60,443 nt of DNA from Clostridia bacterium (GTDB lineage: Bacteria > Bacillota > Clostridia > Monoglobales > Monoglobaceae): positions 1 to 60,443 of the forward strand of contig JAZOCL010000089.1 of assembly GCA_045596485.1 (NCBI GenBank), read 5' to 3'. A model generated the notes under the pieces. That model ran no database searches. It was not told where the DNA came from and was given only the letters and a program-made list of their open reading frames with translations. Every line of letters starts with the position of its first letter. Within the stretch, counting starts at the first letter, position 1. Shown here piece after piece: positions 54,859 through 60,443 of the stretch. The translations under genes and the position numbers were made by a program.

Positions 54859-56787
54859 TTAAACTATCTGTGCTCCGCTTTGAATAGCCTTGTCAACTGT
54901 GATAACATTCAGGCTGTCTTTGTATTCTGCGCTGAGAATCATTCCGTTTGACTCCAGACCCATCATTTTTCTGGGCGGAAAGTTTGCAACAAACAGAACG
55001 TTTTTGCCAATCATTTCTTCGGGCTTACAGAACTTTGCAACGCCCGAAAGAATCTGACGGGTCTCGCTGCCTGTTTCGATTGTAAATCTCAGAAGCTTTG
55101 ATGATTTTGGAACAGGCTCACATTCAAGAACCTTTCCCACGCGGATGTCAAGGTCAAGAAACCTTTCAAAGTCAATGTCTGCCTTGAAGGGCTCAATTTC
55201 AATTTGGGGAGCAGTGTTTGCTGCGTTTTCTTCTTCGATTTCGGCAAGCTTTTTCTCCGTATCAATTCTTGCAAAGAGCATTGCAGCCTCACCAACTTTT
55301 TGACCTGCCTTTGCTGTGCCGAAGCTCACAAGCTCCTCAAGGGTGTATGGGTCTGTGCCAAGAGCTGCGATAAGCTTCTCTGCAGTTTCGGGCATAAAGG
55401 GAGCAAGAAGTGAGCCAATCCAACGGAGAGCTTCAACCAGGTTATACATAACGGTTTTGAGAGTTCCGATTTGTGACTCGTCCTTGGCAAGAGCCCAGGG
55501 CATTGTTTCGTCAATATATTTGTTTGCACGGTTTGCAATTGACCAGAGAGCCTCAAGTGCATCTGCTGTGCGGAATTCGTCCATAAGTGCCACAACATCG
55601 GCTTTTGCCTTTTCGGCAACGGCTGCCAGGTCTGCATCGAAGTCGGTTGCAGCATCCTTCTCGGGAACAATTCCGCCGAAGTATTTATTCACCATTGCAA
55701 CAGTTCTGTTTGCAAGGTTGCCGAGAACGTTTGCAAGGTCTGTGTTATATGAGCTTACAATTTTTTCATATGTGATTGTGCCGTCCTGTGCATAGGGCAT
55801 TTCACGGAGCAGATAATATCTGATTGCGTCTGTTCCGAAGTGACGTACCAGGTCATCGGCATAGATAACGTTGCCAAGAGATTTACTCATTTTGTCCTCG
55901 CCGCTGAGAAGCCAGGGATGACCGAAAACCTTCTTTGGCAGAGGCTCACCAAGAGCCATAAGAAATATAGGCCAGTAGATTGTGTGAAATCTCAAAATGT
56001 CCTTGCCGATAATATGCACATCAGCGGGCCAGTATTTGTTGTAGAGCTCGTCCTTTGAGTCGGGAGTGTAGCCAAGTGCGTTGATGTAGTTTGTGAGGGC
56101 ATCCAGCCAGACATAAATGGTGTGCTTTTCGTCAAAGGTAACGGGGATTCCCCACTTGATGCTTGTTCTTGAAACGCACAAATCCTGGATTCCGGGCTTA
56201 ATGAAGTTGTTAATCATTTCCTTCTTGCGTGATTCGGGCTGAATGAAGTCAGGGTTTTCTTCGATGTGCTTTTCGAGAGCTGCCTGATACTTGCTCATTT
56301 TGAAGAAGTATGCTTCTTCGTTACCCTTGTGAACCTCACGTCCACAGTCGGGGCACTTTCCGTCAGCCAGCTGGGTGTCTGTCCAGAAGGATTCACAGGG
56401 GGTGCAGTACCAGCCTGTGTAAGAATCCTTGTAGATGTCGCCCTGTTCATAGAGCTTTTTGAAAATCTGCTGAACGCTTGCCACGTGATAATCGTCGGTT
56501 GTTCTGATGAACTTGTCGTAGGATGAATTCATCAAATCCCAGATTGAACGGATTTCGCCTGCAACGCCGTCAACATATTCCTGAGGAGAGATGCCACTTT
56601 CGTTTGCGAGCTGTTCGATTTTTTGACCGTGCTCGTCTGTACCTGTCAGAAAGAACACATCATAGCCTTCAAAACGCTTAAATCTGGCAATTGCATCCGA
56701 AAGCACAACCTCATAGGTGTTGCCGATGTGGGGCTTTCTTGAGGTATATGCAATGGCTGTAGTCAGATAGAATTTTTTCTTTTCCAT
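54859..56787 (-). CDS. metG: methionine--tRNA ligase (with C-terminal tRNA-binding domain)
   Basis: HIGN (PHIGNTYE) and KMSKS motifs, a CPxC...CPDC zinc knuckle, and a C-terminal EMAP/Trbp111-like domain. Confidence 0.95.
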   Translation of the reverse strand: MEKKKFYLTTAIAYTSRKPHIGNTYEVVLSDAIARFKRFEGYDVFFLTGTDEHGQKIEQLANESGISPQEYVDGVAGEIRSIWDLMNSSYDKFIRTTDDYHVASVQQIFKKLYEQGDIYKDSYTGWYCTPCESFWTDTQLADGKCPDCGREVHKGNEEAYFFKMSKYQAALEKHIEENPDFIQPESRKKEMINNFIKPGIQDLCVSRTSIKWGIPVTFDEKHTIYVWLDALTNYINALGYTPDSKDELYNKYWPADVHIIGKDILRFHTIYWPIFLMALGEPLPKKVFGHPWLLSGEDKMSKSLGNVIYADDLVRHFGTDAIRYYLLREMPYAQDGTITYEKIVSSYNTDLANVLGNLANRTVAMVNKYFGGIVPEKDAATDFDADLAAVAEKAKADVVALMDEFRTADALEALWSIANRANKYIDETMPWALAKDESQIGTLKTVMYNLVEALRWIGSLLAPFMPETAEKLIAALGTDPYTLEELVSFGTAKAGQKVGEAAMLFARIDTEKKLAEIEEENAANTAPQIEIEPFKADIDFERFLDLDIRVGKVLECEPVPKSSKLLRFTIETGSETRQILSGVAKFCKPEEMIGKNVLFVANFPPRKMMGLESNGMILSAEYKDSLNVITVDKAIQSGAQIV

Positions 56788-56811
56788 ATTATATCAAATC
56801 CTTTCAGTAGG

Positions 56812-57840
56812 TTATTTTTCGTCGGTTTCTCCGCCGCTGAAGGGGAGATTAAAATGCTCATAAGCAAGTCTTGTCACCATTCTGCCTCTGGGGGTGCGGT
56901 TGATAAAGCCAATCTGCATAAGATAGGGCTCATAAACATCTTCAATGGTTGAGCTTTCTTCGCCTACCGTTGCGGCAATGGTGTCAAGACCCACAGGACC
57001 GCCGTCATAGAACCTGATAATCGTTTCAATCATTGTCTTGTCGATTGCGTCGAGCCCAAGATTGTCAACTTCAAGCTTTTTCAGGGCAAAATCTGCGACC
57101 TGATCTGTTATAACACCATTCGATTCAACCTCGGCAAAGTCACGGACACGCTTCAGCAGTCGGTTTGCAACTCTCGGGGTTCCCCGTGAGCGTGATGCAA
57201 TTTCTGCTGCTCCGCCGTTAGTAATTTCAATGCCCAAAATGCCTGCGCTGCGTGCAATAATCATCTGAAGGTCCTCTTTGGTATACATTTCAAGGCGGCT
57301 GATAACTCCAAAACGGTCACGAAGGGGCGCTGTGAGTGCACCTGCCTTGGTGGTTGCGCCGATAAGAGTGAATTTTGGAAGGTCAAGACGGATTGAACGG
57401 GCAGAGGGACCCTTTCCTATAATTATGTCCAATGCACCGTCTTCCATTGCAGGATAAAGAATTTCTTCGACGCTGCGATTGAGACGGTGAATTTCGTCAA
57501 TGAACAAAATATCGTTTTCTGAAAGATTGGTGAGAAGTGCCGCAAGGTCGCCCTGCTTTTCGATTGCGGGACCGGATGTGATGCGGATATTCACACCCAT
57601 TTCGTTGGCGATTATTCCTGCAAGGGTGGTTTTGCCAAGTCCCGGAGGACCGTAAAGCAGAACGTGGTCAAGGGGCTCGCCGCGCTTTTTTGCCGCATCC
57701 ATAAAAACCCTTAGGTTTTCCTTTGCCTTTTTCTGACCGATGTAATCCTTCAAAAGCTTTGGTCTGAGACTGTATTCAATTTCGCTGTCTCCGTTAATTT
57801 CGCCGGAGGTTATAATTCTGTTTTCGTTTTCAAAATCCAT
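56812..57840 (-). CDS. ruvB: Holliday junction branch migration ATPase RuvB
   Basis: GPPGLGKTT Walker A, FIDEIHRL, and RTPRG motifs. Confidence 0.97.
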   Translation of the reverse strand: MDFENENRIITSGEINGDSEIEYSLRPKLLKDYIGQKKAKENLRVFMDAAKKRGEPLDHVLLYGPPGLGKTTLAGIIANEMGVNIRITSGPAIEKQGDLAALLTNLSENDILFIDEIHRLNRSVEEILYPAMEDGALDIIIGKGPSARSIRLDLPKFTLIGATTKAGALTAPLRDRFGVISRLEMYTKEDLQMIIARSAGILGIEITNGGAAEIASRSRGTPRVANRLLKRVRDFAEVESNGVITDQVADFALKKLEVDNLGLDAIDKTMIETIIRFYDGGPVGLDTIAATVGEESSTIEDVYEPYLMQIGFINRTPRGRMVTRLAYEHFNLPFSGGETDEK

Positions 57841-57846
57841 AAGGCG

Positions 57847-58452
57847 CTAACCTTTCATCAGTTTTTTAAGGGCTTCCTTCACAATTTCTTCAACAGAGCC
57901 CTTTGTGCCGCTTACAGCACGCTTGGCCTCCTGTGCAGAATAGCCTAAGACCATAAGAGCGCTGACAGCCTCGTCGGCTTCGGAGTCGCCGCCGTGGTAT
58001 ACATCAACAACCTCGCCGGCAGAAATGTCGCCAATGTCCACACCCTTGAATTTGTCCTTTAGCTCAAGAACAATGCGCTCGGCGCCCTTTGCACCAAGCC
58101 CCGGGGTTTTGCTTGCAATGTACTTATAGTCGTTTGTTACAACGCACAAAGCAAACTTTGAGGGCGAAATGTTTGAAAGAAGAGCGATTGCTGTTTTTGC
58201 GCCCACACGAGAGACCCCGATAATCATTTCAAAAAGGTTCAGTTCTTCGGTTGTGGCAAAGCCGTAAATGTCGAATATGTCGGCGGAAGCCTTGAAGTTT
58301 GCATAGGTATAAAGCATAGCCTGCGAGCCTACCTCGCCCAGAGCTTCAAGAGTCGTGGTGCTTGCATAAAGCTTATAGCCCACACCGCTTGCATCAATAA
58401 CTGCAAAGCTGTCGGTTTTCAGGGTAAGTGTGCCCGATATATAATAAAACAT
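57847..58452 (-). CDS. ruvA: Holliday junction DNA helicase RuvA
   Basis: MFYYISG...GVGYKL N-terminal OB fold, HhH motifs (GVSRVGAKTA, TPGLGAKGAERI) and a C-terminal domain III. Confidence 0.93.
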   Translation of the reverse strand: MFYYISGTLTLKTDSFAVIDASGVGYKLYASTTTLEALGEVGSQAMLYTYANFKASADIFDIYGFATTEELNLFEMIIGVSRVGAKTAIALLSNISPSKFALCVVTNDYKYIASKTPGLGAKGAERIVLELKDKFKGVDIGDISAGEVVDVYHGGDSEADEAVSALMVLGYSAQEAKRAVSGTKGSVEEIVKEALKKLMKG

Positions 58453-58568
58453 AAGCCTTTTTGCCTTTCCTGCGGCGAAAGGGATAAATCCCTTCCCTAC
58501 ATATATTAATACATCATAATATTATATCATTATTTTCTATAAAAAACAAGACCGAAAATAACATTATT

Positions 58569-59051
58569 TTACCATCTGGATGCTCTGTATGAATGTGCGT
58601 GGCATATTGCAATGGCAAGAGCGTCGGCTGTGTCGTCGGGCTTTGGAACGCTTTCTAAGTTGAGAATTGCCTTTGTCATTTGCTGAACCTGCTTCTTTTC
58701 GGCACGTCCGTATCCCACAACCGCCTGCTTTACCTGAAGGGGAGTGTATTCAAAAATCGGGACGCCGCAGTTTTTTGCCGCAAGCACAAGAACACCTCGT
58801 GCCTGAGCCACATTTATGGCGGTTTTCTGGTTGCTGTTGAAGAACAGCTCTTCAATAGCCATAGCCTCGGGCTTCACTCTTTCGATAACCTCAACAAGGT
58901 CATCGTAAATCTTTTTCAGGCGGTCGAACATATTCTCGCCTGCCTCGGTGGTGATGGCACCGTATTCCACAACTGTAAAGTGATTACCTTCAAAGTCAAC
59001 AACCCCAACGCCCACAATTGCATAGCCCGGGTCAATCCCTAAAATCCTCAT
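58569..59051 (-). CDS. ruvC: crossover junction endodeoxyribonuclease RuvC
   Basis: MRILGIDPG...EELFF...[12 protein letters not shown] catalytic acidic residues pattern. Confidence 0.93.
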   Translation of the reverse strand: MRILGIDPGYAIVGVGVVDFEGNHFTVVEYGAITTEAGENMFDRLKKIYDDLVEVIERVKPEAMAIEELFFNSNQKTAINVAQARGVLVLAAKNCGVPIFEYTPLQVKQAVVGYGRAEKKQVQQMTKAILNLESVPKPDDTADALAIAICHAHSYRASRW

Positions 59052-59074
59052 TTTTTTTACCTTCCATTCAAAAA

Positions 59075-59135
59075 TGCATATAAAAATCCAATTGATGCAT
59101 AAAAATTCATTATTTTTGCATAAAGTTGCATAAAA
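59075..59135. promoter_or_regulatory. cluster of ARG-box-like operators (ArgR/AhrC sites) upstream of argG
   Basis: TGCATAAAAATTCA (59096-59109) matches the ARG box core TGAATwwwwATTCA at 13 of 14 positions. Related TGCATA(T)AAAA motifs occur at 59075, 59118 and 59127. Confidence 0.5.
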
Positions 59136-59149
59136 GTTGAAAAAAACTA

Positions 59150-59178
59150 TTGCAATTTTCCACAGGTTACATTATAAT
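59150..59178 (+). promoter_or_regulatory. sigma-70 promoter of argG
   Basis: TTGCAA (59150-59155), 17 nt, TATAAT (59173-59178). Confidence 0.55.
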
Positions 59179-59242
59179 ATATTTCGTGAAATAAAACAAG
59201 TATTTTTTGACCTATGGTCAGATATAAACGGAGGTTTTTGAA

Positions 59243-60443
59243 ATGGCAAAAGATAAGGTTGTACTGGCGTACTCAGGCGGACTTGACACATCAATTATCA
59301 TTCAGTGGCTCAAAGAGAACTATGACTATGATGTTGTCTGCGTTTGCGGTGACGTTGGTCAGGGCAAGGAAACAGACGGACTCGAAGAACGAGCAATCCG
59401 TTCGGGTGCACTTAAGTGCTACATAGAAGATTTGAGAGATGAATATGTTAAGGATTACATATTCCCCACACTCAAGTCTGGCGCAATGTATGAAGGCAAG
59501 TACCTTCTCGGTACATCACACGCAAGACCCATTATTGCAAAGAGACTGGTTGAAATTGCGCAGAAGGAAGGAGCAGTTGCAATCTGCCACGGTGCAACAG
59601 GCAAGGGTAACGACCAAGTACGTTTTGAGCTGGGTATCAAGGCTCTTGACCCCTCACTCAAGATTATTGCTCCCTGGAGAATCTGGGACATCAAGTCCAG
59701 AGAAGATGCAGTTGACTATGCAAACTCTCACGGAATTGAAATCCCTGTTACAAAAAAGGATCTTTATTCACGTGACAGAAACATCTGGCACATCAGCCAC
59801 GAGGGTATGGATTTGGAAGACCCCTGGAACGAGCCTCAGCTTGACAGCCTTTTGAAGCTGGGCGTTTCACCCGAGCAGGCTCCAGACGAGCCCACATATG
59901 TTGAAATTGAGTTTGTTGCAGGTGAGCCCGTTGCAGTAAACGGCGAAAAAATGGCTCCCGTTGCATTGGTTGAAAAGCTCAACGAGCTTGGCGGCGCAAA
60001 CGGCGTTGGTATTGCAGACATCGTTGAAGACCGTCTTGTTGGTATGAAGTCAAGAGGCGTTTATGAAACTCCCGGCGGCACAATTCTTTATACTGCTATT
60101 CAGGAGCTTGAATACCTCTGTCTTGACCGTGATACTCAGGCGTTCAAGAGAATGAGCCAGACACAGTTCTCACAGCTGGTTTATGACGGAAAGTGGTTCA
60201 CACCTCTCCGTGAAGCTATGTCAGCTATGTATGACGAAATGGATAAATATGTGACAGGTACAGTAAGACTCAAGCTCTACAAGGGCAGCTGCACACCTGC
60301 AGGCGCAAAGTCTGAGTATTCACTTTATAACGAAGACATCGCATCATTCGGCGACAGTAAGGAGCTCTACAGCCACAAGGACAGCGAAGGCTTTATCAAC
60401 CTTTATGGTCTGCCCCTGAAGGTTAGAGCAATGATGAAAGCTA
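59243..60443 (+). CDS. argG: argininosuccinate synthase, 3'-partial (runs off the window)
   Basis: Not in the ORF track because no stop is reached. ATG at 59243 after [22 protein letters not shown]...[14 protein letters not shown] signature. Confidence 0.95.
   Translation, partial: MAKDKVVLAYSGGLDTSIIIQWLKENYDYDVVCVCGDVGQGKETDGLEERAIRSGALKCYIEDLRDEYVKDYIFPTLKSGAMYEGKYLLGTSHARPIIAKRLVEIAQKEGAVAICHGATGKGNDQVRFELGIKALDPSLKIIAPWRIWDIKSREDAVDYANSHGIEIPVTKKDLYSRDRNIWHISHEGMDLEDPWNEPQLDSLLKLGVSPEQAPDEPTYVEIEFVAGEPVAVNGEKMAPVALVEKLNELGGANGVGIADIVEDRLVGMKSRGVYETPGGTILYTAIQELEYLCLDRDTQAFKRMSQTQFSQLVYDGKWFTPLREAMSAMYDEMDKYVTGTVRLKLYKGSCTPAGAKSEYSLYNEDIASFGDSKELYSHKDSEGFINLYGLPLKVRAMMKA

Noticed and set aside
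56788-56811. A T-box leader upstream of metG.
   Set aside because: Only 24 nt separate the ruvB stop from the metG start, which leaves no room for a T-box of about 200 nt. metG appears co-transcribed with ruvAB.

Overview
The window looks like a Firmicutes (Clostridia-type) chromosome of about 45% GC, mostly housekeeping genes, with one phage-derived island. Left to right:

- **1-2,057:** a 5'-partial BspA-type LRR surface protein, then rpsF-ssb-rpsR.
- **2,186-18,393:** a compact ~16.2 kb phage-like cluster. It has an immunity switch, late regulator, terminase, portal, scaffold, capsid, neck, tail, holin and endolysin. I see no integrase, excisionase, replication or recombination genes and no recognisable att repeats.
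- **18,489-50,837:** recD2, eno, spoIIE, rubrerythrin, bioY, tatD, an AsnC-regulator/aminotransferase pair, an M23/LysM peptidase, an orphan WalR-like regulator, rlmH, a DUF348-G5-3D protein, two methyltransferases (TrmN6-like, rsmI), a WalRK-like two-component system with htrA, an LTA-synthase-family protein, an M20 peptidase, ABC-F, rseC-like, recN, nadK, tlyA and dxs.
- **50,848-60,443:** a small membrane protein, an MFS transporter, DUF1015, metG, ruvBAC and a 3'-partial argG.

Two non-coding signals are not explained by the ORF track.

1. **A modular multi-hairpin repeat of about 175 bp.** It folds as two tandem cloverleaf-like four-way junctions, six hairpins in all.
   - Copies: two near-identical inverted copies bracket the phage scaffold/capsid/connector module (6561-6735 and 9331-9505). 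A third lies outside the phage (34168-34342), and a half copy sits in the phage immunity region (2645-2738).
   - Copies differ by compensatory stem changes, have imperfect terminal inverted repeats, and are flanked by 7-bp TTATAAY direct repeats.
   - A second palindromic element family sits next to two of the copies.
   - I read this as an undescribed structured MITE-like or ncRNA element. This is the most interesting feature in the window.
2. **A ~600-nt ORF-free transcript unit at about 51475-52091 (minus strand).** It has a perfect sigma-70 promoter and lies directly upstream of a four-TM protein gene, then dxs-tlyA-nadK-recN. That is the canonical locus of OLE RNA and OapA.

All calls rest on reading the sequence and translations. 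No database search or folding computation was run.
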